A DNA stretch of 54,071 nt from an uncultured Cocleimonas sp. (GCA_964632635.1 CAZWEA010000001.1:1-54071); one strand, 5' to 3'; shown: positions 39,904-49,788, numbered from the stretch's first letter. The notes: generated from the letters alone by a model not told the origin. A program made the numbers and translations.

Positions 39904-42564
39904 TTACGCTTTAATTGGGTTAAGTTTTTCAGTATCGATACCATATTTTTTAATGGCTTCATCTACTTTAGCTGCAGCAATTGTACCGTCATCGACAAGT
40001 GTTTTTAATGCTGCAATAACAACATGGTGTGCATTTACCTCAAAATGTTTACGTAAGTTCTTGCGCGTATCACTTCGACCAAAGCCATCCGTGCCGAGCA
40101 CAGTATAGGATGAAGATATCCATTCACGTACTTGATCTGGATATTGACGAATATAATCGGTTGCGGCAATAACAGGACCTCTATGTCCTTTTAGTTGTTG
40201 CACAATGTAAGGAACTTTGGCTTTTTCTAGTGGATGTAAACGATTCCAACGATCTGTATCTATAGCTTCACGAGAAAGCTCATTAAAGCTGGTACAACTC
40301 CAGATATCCGAGTCAACACCCCAGTCCGACAGTAATAACTCAGATGCCTCAATGACTTCTCTTAGAATAGTGCCAGAACCCATCAATTGGACTTTATGCT
40401 TTTTCTTACCGCCGTTTTTAAGCAGGTACATGCCTTTGATAATGCCTTTTTCAGTTCCTTCAGGAAGGGCAGGTTGCTGATAAGCTTCGTTCATTGCTGT
40501 GATGTAGTAATAAACATCTTCTTGATTACAGTACATGCGTTTCATACCATCATGAATAATCACTGCCATTTCATACGCATAGGTAGGGTCATAACTAATA
40601 CAATTAGGAATCAAGCCAGCTTGCACCATGCCGTGACCGTCTTGATGTTGTAAACCTTCTCCAGCAAGGGTGGTGCGTCCAGCTGTTGCTCCAATTAAGA
40701 ATCCACGTGAACGACAATCACCGGCAGCCCATGCTAAATCAGCAATACGTTGGAAACCAAACATAGAGTAATAAATATAAAATGGCATCATGTTCACACC
40801 ATGGGTGCTGTATGCCGTAGCAGCGGCTATCCATGAAGAGAATGCACCTGCTTCAGTGATACCTTCTTCAAGAATTTGCCCTGTCTTATCTTCTTTATAG
40901 AACATGACCTGCTCTTTATCTTGCGGCTCATAAAGCTGACCTACAGATGAAAAGATTCCTAGTTGGCGAAACATACCTTCCATACCAAAAGTCCGTGCTT
41001 CATCTGGTACAATGGGGACTACATATTTACCCATATTCTTATCACGGGTAATCATAGTGAGAAGACGAACAAAGGCTGTTGTAGTAGATATTTCACGATC
41101 ACCAGAACCATCTAAAATAGCTTTGAAAATATCTAATGATGGGACTTTAAGTGGGGCAGCACTGCTGTTACGAACAGGTAATGAACCACCAAGCTTTTTA
41201 CGGTGTGCCAGCATGTAGTTTCGTTCTTCACTACCTTCTTCAGGGCGAAAGTAGGTTGCAGCTGCTGCTTCCTCATCGCTTAATGGGATATTAAAACGAT
41301 CTTTAAATGCGATCATTTCATCTTCGCTAAGTTTCTTTTGTGAATGCGTTCTGTTTTGACCTTCACCCGCAGAACCCATACCGTAACCTTTTACAGTATG
41401 TGCCAAAATAACAGTAGGCTGACCTTTATGGTTCACTGCAGAATCATAAGCGGTATAAACTTTATGTGGATCATGTCCGCCACGATTTAAGCGCCAGATA
41501 TCATCATCAGACATTTTTTCAACCATGGAAGCTAGTTCTGGGTAAGCACCAAAGAAATTCTCTCGAACATATGCACCATCTTTAGCTTTATAATTTTGGA
41601 ACTCTCCATCAACAACCTCAAGCATACGTTTTTTGAGGATGCCATCTGTATCCTTAGCTAATAACGGATCCCAGTAGGACCCCCAAAGAACTTTGATAAC
41701 ATTCCAACCTGCTCCACGGAACATGGCTTCGAGTTCTTGAACAATCTTTCCATTGCCGCGTACAGGCCCATCAAGACGTTGTAAGTTACAATTGACCACC
41801 CACGTTAGATTATCTAAATCTTCTCGACCTGCGAGAGAGATTGCCCCCAAAGTTTCAGGCTCATCTACTTCACCATCACCAACAAATGTCCAAACTCGAC
41901 GTTCTTTGGTATCAGCTAATTGACGGTGTTGTAGGTACTTCATAAAACGTGCTTGATATATTGACTGGATTGGACCAAGCCCCATAGAAACTGTAGGAAA
42001 CTGCCAATAATCTGGCATTAACCATGGGTGCGGATAGGAAGACAGCCCCGGTTTATCAGTTTCTTGGCGGAAGGTATCTAAGGTGTCTTCATCAAAACGT
42101 CCTTCTAAAAAGGAACGTGCATAGATGCCAGGGGTTATATGCCCTTGGAAATAGATTAGGTCCCCGCCATTTTCTGGTGAAGGGGCATGCCAAAAGTGGT
42201 TAAAACCGACATCATATAAAGTAGCTGAAGAAGCAAATGAGGCTATATGACCGCCAAGTTCAGCACTCTTACGATTAGCCCGAACGACCATCGCAGCGGC
42301 ATTCCAACGTATATAACAACGAATACGGCTTTCAATGCTTAAATCGCCAGGGTTGGCTTTTTCCAAATGTGTTGGAATAGTATTAATGTAGGCAGTATTT
42401 GCAGAATAGGGAAGGTTCGCGCCATTATGGCGAGCCGTATCAATAAGTTGTTCAATAATATAATGAGCACGTTCTACACCTTCTGCTTCTATAATCGCTT
42501 CTAATGATTCTGTCCAGTCCAGTGTTTCTTGTGGATCGACATCATTTATATTATTTTCACTCAT
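39904..42564 (-). CDS. aceE: Pyruvate dehydrogenase E1, homodimeric type
   Basis: GGHIASF, SSYPHP, GDGEVDE and GEGLQHQDG motifs; start at ATG 42564. Confidence 0.97.
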   Translation of the reverse strand: MSENNINDVDPQETLDWTESLEAIIEAEGVERAHYIIEQLIDTARHNGANLPYSANTAYINTIPTHLEKANPGDLSIESRIRCYIRWNAAAMVVRANRKSAELGGHIASFASSATLYDVGFNHFWHAPSPENGGDLIYFQGHITPGIYARSFLEGRFDEDTLDTFRQETDKPGLSSYPHPWLMPDYWQFPTVSMGLGPIQSIYQARFMKYLQHRQLADTKERRVWTFVGDGEVDEPETLGAISLAGREDLDNLTWVVNCNLQRLDGPVRGNGKIVQELEAMFRGAGWNVIKVLWGSYWDPLLAKDTDGILKKRMLEVVDGEFQNYKAKDGAYVRENFFGAYPELASMVEKMSDDDIWRLNRGGHDPHKVYTAYDSAVNHKGQPTVILAHTVKGYGMGSAGEGQNRTHSQKKLSEDEMIAFKDRFNIPLSDEEAAAATYFRPEEGSEERNYMLAHRKKLGGSLPVRNSSAAPLKVPSLDIFKAILDGSGDREISTTTAFVRLLTMITRDKNMGKYVVPIVPDEARTFGMEGMFRQLGIFSSVGQLYEPQDKEQVMFYKEDKTGQILEEGITEAGAFSSWIAAATAYSTHGVNMMPFYIYYSMFGFQRIADLAWAAGDCRSRGFLIGATAGRTTLAGEGLQHQDGHGMVQAGLIPNCISYDPTYAYEMAVIIHDGMKRMYCNQEDVYYYITAMNEAYQQPALPEGTEKGIIKGMYLLKNGGKKKHKVQLMGSGTILREVIEASELLLSDWGVDSDIWSCTSFNELSREAIDTDRWNRLHPLEKAKVPYIVQQLKGHRGPVIAATDYIRQYPDQVREWISSSYTVLGTDGFGRSDTRKNLRKHFEVNAHHVVIAALKTLVDDGTIAAAKVDEAIKKYGIDTEKLNPIKA

Positions 42565-42722
42565 TATTAATCCTACTCTATTTATAGTTAATGGAAGTAT
42601 AGCATTTTCTTGCATTTTTCGATATGAAAAAATATCCACTTAAATAACAATAACTTAAAGACAAAGAATAAATATATAACGCATTGTGTCCTTTTTGCGG
42701 TGGTTGTTGTAAGCTCTGTTAG

Positions 42723-43493
42723 ATGACTAAATTGAGCAGTTCGGACTTACAAAATCCACTAATTCAAAAAATGACTAATAGCACCTCACAAAATATTGAT
42801 ACTAGTACAAATGACAGCCTTGATGGTAGGCCCAGCGAAAATGAAACTATCTATCCTGTAGGGGGGCGCTTTCGTGGTTTTCTGCCAGTTGTAATTGATC
42901 TTGAAACTGGCGGATTTAATCATCAAACCGATGCATTACTAGAAGTAGCAGCCGTTACATTGAGAATGGATGCTGATGGGATGTTTCATCCTCATAGAAC
43001 CTATGGTTGGCACATTACCCCTTTTGAAGGATCAAATCTTGAGCCTGCCTCACTAGAGGTGAATGGAATTGACCCTGATCTCCCATTTCGACAAGCTATC
43101 GCGGTAGATGAAAAGAAATGTTTAGATGAGCTCTTTGTACTTATTCGCAAAGAGATGAAGTTGAATAAGTGTAAACGTGCCATTTTGGTGGGGCACAATG
43201 CTGCTTTTGACTTAAATTTCATGAATGCAGCAGTTGCTAGAACGGAGAAGAAGCGTAATCCATTCCACCCTTTTAGTACATTTGATACGGTTACATTGTC
43301 TGCTATGGCTTATCGCCAAACCGTTCTAGCACGATCTGTTAAAGCAGCAGGTTTTCCTTGGGATGCTGAGGAAGCGCACTCTGCTGTTTATGATACTGAA
43401 AAAACGGCTGATCTTTTTTGCAATATAATCAATAAATGGGAAGAAAGCATTGGCACTGAATCAGCGAAGAAAGCTGCCGAAGAAAAGGCCTAG
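42723..43493 (+). CDS. rnt: Ribonuclease T
   Basis: [26 protein letters not shown] and AHSAVYDTE motifs; start could be 42771. Confidence 0.95.
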   Translation: MTKLSSSDLQNPLIQKMTNSTSQNIDTSTNDSLDGRPSENETIYPVGGRFRGFLPVVIDLETGGFNHQTDALLEVAAVTLRMDADGMFHPHRTYGWHITPFEGSNLEPASLEVNGIDPDLPFRQAIAVDEKKCLDELFVLIRKEMKLNKCKRAILVGHNAAFDLNFMNAAVARTEKKRNPFHPFSTFDTVTLSAMAYRQTVLARSVKAAGFPWDAEEAHSAVYDTEKTADLFCNIINKWEESIGTESAKKAAEEKA

Positions 43494-43512
43494 CTTCATC
43501 GTCTGATAGAGG

Positions 43513-43541
43513 CAATCTTCAAAAAAAGGGGGGGGTGCCAT
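43513..43541 (-). repeat. Dispersed 29-bp intergenic motif, copy 5
   Basis: + strand CAATCTTCAAAAAAAGGGGGGGGTGCCAT; identical to copy 6. Confidence 0.9.
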
Positions 43542-43574
43542 TTTAAAAAGACTTCAACTTATTAGGCTTATTCT

Positions 43575-43601
43575 GAACTTCCTTACAGAAGATTGATCTA
43601 A
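43575..43601 (+). promoter_or_regulatory. Putative RpoE/AlgU (sigma-E) promoter
   Basis: GAACTT-N16-TCTAA upstream of an exported DUF302 gene. Confidence 0.6.
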
Positions 43602-43673
43602 AACAAACTTTGATTCGTAAACAAATGTTGTTGCGCTCAAAATTTACTAAAATACTTGGAAAGGAGATCAAAA

Positions 43674-44114
43674 ATGAAAAATCGTTTTCTACTAACACTT
43701 TTTGCACTGAGTCTATCTACGGCGGCATCTGCAGATATAATTAAAAAAGCTAGTGCACATAGTGTAAAAGAAACCATGGATAAGTTCGAAACCTTGGTTA
43801 AATCCAAAGGCTTTGGTATTTTTGCGCGCGTTGATCATAAGAAGAATGCAGCTGGGATTGACATGAAAATGAATGATGCTGAGGTTTTGATTTTCGGTAA
43901 TCCAAAAGGCGGAACAGTACTGATGAATAAAGATATTGGAATGTCTTTAGATTTGCCTTTACGTGTTGCAGTTTATAAAGATAGTGATGGTAAAGTTTGG
44001 TTAAGCTATCATGACCCAAAAGATTTTACAGCAAACCATGATGTAGCAGGCGTTCCTGTTATAGATAAAGTTGCTGCTGGCTTGGATAAACTAACAACAG
44101 CTGTAACAAAATAA
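43674..44114 (+). CDS. Exported DUF302-domain protein
   Basis: Signal peptide; IFARVDH, IFGNPKGGT and LDLPLRV motifs; AGGAG RBS. Confidence 0.9.
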   Translation: MKNRFLLTLFALSLSTAASADIIKKASAHSVKETMDKFETLVKSKGFGIFARVDHKKNAAGIDMKMNDAEVLIFGNPKGGTVLMNKDIGMSLDLPLRVAVYKDSDGKVWLSYHDPKDFTANHDVAGVPVIDKVAAGLDKLTTAVTK

Positions 44115-44138
44115 CTTAAAGCTACAATTAGCAACTAT

Positions 44139-44163
44139 AAAGCCGAGTATATCTCGGTTTTTT
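44139..44163 (+). terminator. Intrinsic terminator after the DUF302 gene
   Basis: AAAGCCGAG-TATAT-CTCGGTTTTTT. Confidence 0.7.
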
Positions 44164-44270
44164 AGTACTTATAGAGACCTTGCATGAGAATATAACGTGA
44201 ATACTGTAAGTTTTTCCCTCGTGCTTTTCTCTAACAATATCCTCTCTTTATTATATAGAAGTGACTATTT

Positions 44271-44750
44271 ATGAATAAAAAATTAGTATTAATTTTCCTC
44301 TCTAGCATTATGTTAATGTTATCCGCCTGTAATTCAAATCCTGCTTCTAGTACAGAAAAAACTGTAGCAGCAGAGCCAATACCACAGGCAGGTGGTTACA
44401 GTAATATTGATAACGCAAAGCTAGCAGAGTTTATTGATTCTGGAATGACGGTTATAGATATTCGTCGCAAAGAAGAATGGCAGCAAACGGGAATTGTGAA
44501 AGGTGTTAAAACCATTACTTTCTTTGATAAAATGGGGCAAATAAACCCAAGGTTTGTGCCAGAGTTTACTGCAATTACGAATCCTGAAAAACCAGTTGTA
44601 TTGATCTGTCGTACAGGTAATAGAACACAGGCAGCTAGTAAAGCAATTGCACAACAATTGGGCTATAAAACTGTTTATAATGTCACCCATGGCATTACGG
44701 GTTGGATTGCTGAGAAGCGACCTGTGGAAAAGTATAGAGAAACTAATTAG
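44271..44750 (+). CDS. Rhodanese-domain lipoprotein
   Basis: Lipobox LSAC; IDIRRKEEW, active loop CRTGNRT, GITGW. Confidence 0.88.
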   Translation: MNKKLVLIFLSSIMLMLSACNSNPASSTEKTVAAEPIPQAGGYSNIDNAKLAEFIDSGMTVIDIRRKEEWQQTGIVKGVKTITFFDKMGQINPRFVPEFTAITNPEKPVVLICRTGNRTQAASKAIAQQLGYKTVYNVTHGITGWIAEKRPVEKYRETN

Positions 44751-44801
44751 ATAAGAGGCTAGACCCTTGCAAAAGAGTATAGCTTTTATGCAGGTCTTAA
44801 T

Positions 44802-45218
44802 TTAAATCTTATGAGTTACTCTAGCTTTTCCATTACGGAGTAAAAGCCTGACTTTATCCCCTTTTTTAAAAATAACTTTGGTATCTTGGGTGATAGCTAC
44901 GACATTTCCTGTATCTTTCTTAATAATGATTTCTTGAGCTTTTTTGTCTCTGCTAGCATTTCTAAAAATTCTTCCTATTGTTCCAACATCGACAGAACCA
45001 TAAACTCCACTATGCCCACCTGATCCAACAGAGACTCCGACGTTTCCGTAGGAATTAATTTTTTCTGGTTTAATGTTGACTGTTTTAACCGATATAACAG
45101 TCCCAGATTCTACTATCTGCTGCTTGTTTAATTGATTATCTACATCATTTGTAGAGCAGGCAGAGAGTAAAAATGAAAGTAATAAAAAGCTGAAATATTT
45201 AAAAGTATTCTTAATCAT
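44802..45218 (-). CDS. Outer-membrane lipoprotein, SlyB-like
   Basis: Lipobox LSAC; GTVISVKTV, Gly-rich centre, AITQ...FKKGDKV. Confidence 0.6.
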   Translation of the reverse strand: MIKNTFKYFSFLLLSFLLSACSTNDVDNQLNKQQIVESGTVISVKTVNIKPEKINSYGNVGVSVGSGGHSGVYGSVDVGTIGRIFRNASRDKKAQEIIIKKDTGNVVAITQDTKVIFKKGDKVRLLLRNGKARVTHKI

Positions 45219-45321
45219 AGCTTCCTTTGTGTAGAGCTAGCTAGTTTCCTTAATTAGATTGTTTTTAGAGACAGTTCTTAGCTAGAGTTTTTAGTCAGAG
45301 ATCAGAATAAGAACTGGACTA

Positions 45322-45744
45322 TTAACTTATCTTTCCCAAGCAATCCAAATAGGTGTTTTCATCGGGTTGAACATTGTTCTGTTGTGCTTGCCAGATCATT
45401 TCCGCAAGACACTCCATCATTTCATGTTCAGCATCATGTATACCCTTTAGAGCAACTAAACGCTGATAAAGTTCAGCAATCCCTGGAGGTCTATCAGTAC
45501 TTACCTGTTCGCGCAGTCCTAAATGCATGCCTAGATGTAAAAATGGATTATTGTCTCCCATCTCTGGTAAGAAATCAGCATCGATCCCCGCTTCTTCATT
45601 TTCGAGTAATTGATGATATTCGGGGTGCTCTTTAATCGCTGCAACGACCTGTTGTTCTAGTGGGCTTAACTTTTCTTTTTGCTTAAGGTGTTTTTTCCAA
45701 CTTTCGTAGTAAAACTTTCTTAATTGTTCACGTTGATCATTCAT
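45322..45744 (-). CDS. DUF1841-family protein
   Basis: HPEYH, NPFLHLGMHL, EQVSTDRPPG and MECL motifs. Confidence 0.88.
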   Translation of the reverse strand: MNDQREQLRKFYYESWKKHLKQKEKLSPLEQQVVAAIKEHPEYHQLLENEEAGIDADFLPEMGDNNPFLHLGMHLGLREQVSTDRPPGIAELYQRLVALKGIHDAEHEMMECLAEMIWQAQQNNVQPDENTYLDCLGKIS

Positions 45745-45759
45745 GCTTCGAAATGCCTT

Positions 45760-46716
45760 TTAAGTAGATTGTGATAATAACCAATTTTTTAAATTTTCAG
45801 CGACTTTATCAATAACTCTTTGTCGTGCTTCAATAGCAGCCCAAGCCGTATGCGGCGTTAAAATAAGATTGGGGATATCATTAGCTAATAAAGGGTGATC
45901 AATAGGTGGGGGCTCTTTTTCAAGAACATCAATTCCTGCTCCCGCAATTTCATCATTTTTTAGTGCCAATGCTAAGGCAGCGTTATCGATAACAGCGCCA
46001 CGTGATGTATTAATAATGAATGCACTGGATTTCATTTGTTGGAATTCATTGCTGCTTATTAAATGTTTAGTTTGTGGCGTTAATGGGCAATGGATACTCA
46101 GTACATCCACCTTGGGTAAAAGATCATTTAATGATAAGCGATCATTGTTTCTAGTCTTTGTGCCAACCCGTTCTGAGATGAGTATCTCCATACCGAATGC
46201 GCGGGCTAATTGCTCCGTTGCTTTGGCGAGATTCCCATAGCCTATTAATCCGAGTGTTTTTCCAGATAGCTCATTTATCGGGTATTTTAAGTTTGAAAAC
46301 TGACCACTTCGCGACCATTCGCCACTTTTAGTTACATTATCATATTGAATTATTTTTGTGGATAGCGCTAATATCAAAGCAAAAACATGTTGCGATACGG
46401 AATCTGAGCAATAGTCTGTTACATTATTTACGGCAATACCTTGTTGCTTACAATAGTCTAGATCAACATTATCCATGCCTGTAGCAGTGAGTAAGATAAG
46501 TTTTAATTTTGGAAGTTTTTCCAGTAAAGTTTGATCAAAAAGAACTTTGTTAGCAACTGCGATAGTTGCATTCTCGAGTCTTTCAAAGCGTTGTTCAGGA
46601 GTAGTGCCTTCAAACCTTTGCCAATGATCTATCAAACTAATTAGACCACTTAGATCGAGATTATCTGGATTAAAACTTTTCTCGTCGAGAATAACGGCTT
46701 GTAGTAGATTACTCAT
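45760..46716 (-). CDS. D-2-hydroxyacid dehydrogenase (glycerate dehydrogenase-like)
   Basis: ATGMDNVD, GYGNLA, HCPLT, INTSRG and TPHTAW motifs; start at ATG 46716. Confidence 0.9.
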   Translation of the reverse strand: MSNLLQAVILDEKSFNPDNLDLSGLISLIDHWQRFEGTTPEQRFERLENATIAVANKVLFDQTLLEKLPKLKLILLTATGMDNVDLDYCKQQGIAVNNVTDYCSDSVSQHVFALILALSTKIIQYDNVTKSGEWSRSGQFSNLKYPINELSGKTLGLIGYGNLAKATEQLARAFGMEILISERVGTKTRNNDRLSLNDLLPKVDVLSIHCPLTPQTKHLISSNEFQQMKSSAFIINTSRGAVIDNAALALALKNDEIAGAGIDVLEKEPPPIDHPLLANDIPNLILTPHTAWAAIEARQRVIDKVAENLKNWLLSQST

Positions 46717-47344
46717 AAATCTTTTCCTTAAAATCACACAGGTCAGAAATTAAACAAGCGGCACATTTAGGCTTTCGCGCAACACAAATATAACGACCAT
46801 GTAGGATTAACCAGTGATGTGCATCGACCATAAACTCTTTAGGTATAAAACGTAGTAGCCTTTTCTCGACTTCTAAAACATTTTTTCCTTTAGCAATTCC
46901 CGTTCGGTTACCGACACGAAATATATGTGTATCTACCGCCATGGTTGGATGACCAAAAGCCGTATTTAAAACTACGTTTGCTGTTTTTCGACCAACACCA
47001 GGCAGTGCTTCAAGGTCTTCTCTATTATCGGGTACTATTGAATTATGTAAATCAATTAACATCTTACAGGCTTTAATCACATTTTTAGCTTTGCTGTTGT
47101 AAAGACCAATAGTTTTTATATAAACTTTGAGACCTTCTTCACCTAAGGCGTAAATACCTTCAGGGGTATTTGCAACGGGAAATAATTTATCTGTTGCTTT
47201 ATTGACGCTAACATCAGTTGCTTGAGCAGAAAGCGTAACTGCCACTAAAAGCTCAAAAGGGTTGTTGAAATTTAATTCTGTGGTTGGGTGTGGATTTGCT
47301 TCTTTCCAACGGCTGAAAATTTCGTATCGCTTATCATTATTCAT
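46709..47344 (-). CDS. nth: Endonuclease III
   Basis: LSAQATD, LPGVGRKTANV, VDTH and C-X6-C-X2-C-X5-C motifs. Confidence 0.97.
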   Translation of the reverse strand: MNNDKRYEIFSRWKEANPHPTTELNFNNPFELLVAVTLSAQATDVSVNKATDKLFPVANTPEGIYALGEEGLKVYIKTIGLYNSKAKNVIKACKMLIDLHNSIVPDNREDLEALPGVGRKTANVVLNTAFGHPTMAVDTHIFRVGNRTGIAKGKNVLEVEKRLLRFIPKEFMVDAHHWLILHGRYICVARKPKCAACLISDLCDFKEKIYE

Positions 47345-47407
47345 TTCAAAGTTGTTTTCATTTGAAAATGACTAGCTGATTTTATTTGTCTTATTATAGA
47401 GAATGTA

Positions 47408-47436
47408 CAATCTTCAAAAAAAGGGGGGGGTGCCAT
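47408..47436 (-). repeat. Dispersed 29-bp intergenic motif, copy 6
   Basis: + strand CAATCTTCAAAAAAAGGGGGGGGTGCCAT. Confidence 0.9.
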
Positions 47437-47680
47437 ATAGCCTTTTATAGCCACAAAAATAAACGTTATTCCCATGATAATTCTATTCCTATTTTCTATT
47501 TCATTATTAGTACTTTAATGAGACTTCAGCATAACTCAAGTGCAAAAGAAAAATGAGTTAATATTTTTAATATTATTGCGAAAATAACAGTTCATACATC
47601 ACCACAGTAACGCACTTTATTCTGTCCAACTGTGGATACTAGGTTTATACTTCGCCCAATATTTTAGCTGGATATTTATA

Positions 47681-48151
47681 GTGAGCAAAACATATAAAGA
47701 ATTGATAGCAGATGCCTTATCAGAAGTAGATGAAATTCTGCCGTGGGATTTAGACGATCAATTAGAAAATCATCCTGATACTTTGTTACTAGATATTCGC
47801 GAGCCAGATGAATATGATGGTGCATTCATTAAAAACTCAATTCATATACCTAGAGGCACATTAGAGCAGGCCTGTGAATGGGATTATGCAGAAACTATTC
47901 CTGAATTAGTTAATGCTAGAAAACGTCCTGTGCTAGTAATTTGTCGTTCTGGAAATCGTAGTGCATTAGCTGCATTGACTTTAAAGATGTTGGGTTATGA
48001 GAATCCAATTTCTTTGAAATTGGGTATTAAGGGTTGTAATGATTCGGATATCGCCTTACTCAATAAGGCTGGAAATGAGGTTGATCCTGATTGGGCGGAT
48101 ACATTTTTTAATCCTCCCGTTAGTGATGAACAGTTATCGGATAATAACTAG
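47681..48151 (+). CDS. Single-domain rhodanese (sulfurtransferase)
   Basis: LLDIREPDEY, IPRGTLE and CRSGNRS motifs. Confidence 0.88.
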   Translation: MSKTYKELIADALSEVDEILPWDLDDQLENHPDTLLLDIREPDEYDGAFIKNSIHIPRGTLEQACEWDYAETIPELVNARKRPVLVICRSGNRSALAALTLKMLGYENPISLKLGIKGCNDSDIALLNKAGNEVDPDWADTFFNPPVSDEQLSDNN

Positions 48152-49005
48152 TCACCTGTTGCAATAGGGCGTTTGCTGTCTCTGATCCATTCGCTCCAAG
48201 AGCCAGCGTATAATCTAGAGCCTTCTAAACCAGCAATCTCCATTGCTAGCATATTATGGCAAGCAGTCACGCCTGACCCACAGAGGTGAACGATGTCAGT
48301 GGCTGTTTGGTTATTTGCTAGTTCTAGGATTTCTTTAAACTGCTTTCGTAATATATCTGCTTCTAAAAACAATCCCTCTTTATTTAGATTAAGCTGAAAA
48401 GCACGATTAAGTGACTTAGGGACTCTCCCAGCAACAGTATCGATTGGCTCAGACTCACCACGATAACGCTCAGGTGTTCGTGCATCTAGAATGGTGAAAG
48501 TTTGGGTTTCAAGATTTTGCTGAACTTGATTGGTATTTACATTGGCATTGTTATCTACTTGAGCAATAAAATTCTTTTTCGTTGGCTTCGGAATGTCTTT
48601 ATTTAAGAGCTTACTTTCCTTACTCCATTGAGGAATTCCACCGTCCAGTACAGCCACTTTATTGTGGCCAAATGTACGTAGTTGCCACCATAAGCGTACT
48701 GCAAACGCACCACCGACATCATCATACACAATTACCTGTGTTTGATTATCAACGCCCCAATCACTTAATTTCTGAATAAAATTATCATAGTCAGGAAGAG
48801 GGTGTCTACCCGTTGTTGGCGTTACAGGTGATGACAGATCATTCTCCAAGTGGCAGAAGATAGCATTCGGGATATGAGATTCATTATATGCATTTAAACC
48901 AGCATCATGATCAGTTAATGAGGAACGGCAGTCAAAAACAACCCAGTTTTCATTATATAAATTTTTATCTAAATCTTGAGTAGAAATCAGGGTGGAATAG
49001 ATCAT
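48148..49005 (-). CDS. sseA: Tandem-domain sulfurtransferase (3-mercaptopyruvate/thiosulfate)
   Basis: HIPNA, GRHPLP, CGSGVTAC and LYAGSWSEW motifs. Confidence 0.9.
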   Translation of the reverse strand: MIYSTLISTQDLDKNLYNENWVVFDCRSSLTDHDAGLNAYNESHIPNAIFCHLENDLSSPVTPTTGRHPLPDYDNFIQKLSDWGVDNQTQVIVYDDVGGAFAVRLWWQLRTFGHNKVAVLDGGIPQWSKESKLLNKDIPKPTKKNFIAQVDNNANVNTNQVQQNLETQTFTILDARTPERYRGESEPIDTVAGRVPKSLNRAFQLNLNKEGLFLEADILRKQFKEILELANNQTATDIVHLCGSGVTACHNMLAMEIAGLEGSRLYAGSWSEWIRDSKRPIATGD

Positions 49006-49661
49006 GTCATCAGTGGATGACAGCGGTTATACCATAAAGCAAATTCTTTGCTATGCGTCATCGCACGCCTAACAATACCGAGTTCATGACAAGAATTTAA
49101 AACACCAAATACACTACAATCAACAAAGCTAGGCTTGTCTCCACCATAAAAAAGCTGATTATTTAGCCCATCAATAACCCAGTGATCAATTCCTTCTAGA
49201 TATTCTTTTTCAGGGTTTTGAATATTGTATTTCAGTTTCATTTTACGGGCTACTTTAGGCATTATCATTGCACCTATAAATGGAATAAAGAACCCTTTTA
49301 AACCACCAGAAGGGCTGATTTTCTTAATATTCATTCTAGATGTTTTAAAATCAGGGTGAATTAAAGGAGGTAGGTAATGTACAAGCGTATTATCAAGCCA
49401 ATCTGTCCACTTTTTATCAGCATCTTTCACTTCCAATTTAGTGTAGTTCTTATTGAGGTACTCAATAATTGCAGCAGATTCAACAATGACTTTGTCATCA
49501 TCTTTTAGAACAGGAACTTTACGGTGATCAGTGATTCCCTCAAGTTCTTTCATTCCGCGTGGGGATACTTCAACAACTTGATAAGGTGTTTTTGTAAAGT
49601 TTAGTAAAGCACGTACTTTGCTACAAAAAGGACAAGATTTAAACTGGTAAAGTGTAATCAT
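49002..49661 (-). CDS. Glutaredoxin/GST-family protein (PGES2-like)
   Basis: LYQFKSCPFCSKVRA, KVPVL and ESAAI motifs. Confidence 0.8.
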   Translation of the reverse strand: MITLYQFKSCPFCSKVRALLNFTKTPYQVVEVSPRGMKELEGITDHRKVPVLKDDDKVIVESAAIIEYLNKNYTKLEVKDADKKWTDWLDNTLVHYLPPLIHPDFKTSRMNIKKISPSGGLKGFFIPFIGAMIMPKVARKMKLKYNIQNPEKEYLEGIDHWVIDGLNNQLFYGGDKPSFVDCSVFGVLNSCHELGIVRRAMTHSKEFALWYNRCHPLMT

Positions 49662-49788
49662 TGATACTCGCTAATTATAAATGGAATGTATCTGTAGATA
49701 ATACAATAACAAACTGGAGAGTACTTAACTTATTAGATGTTTTTTTTAGGCGAAGAAAATCACAAATCAAAATCTCTTACTATGATCT

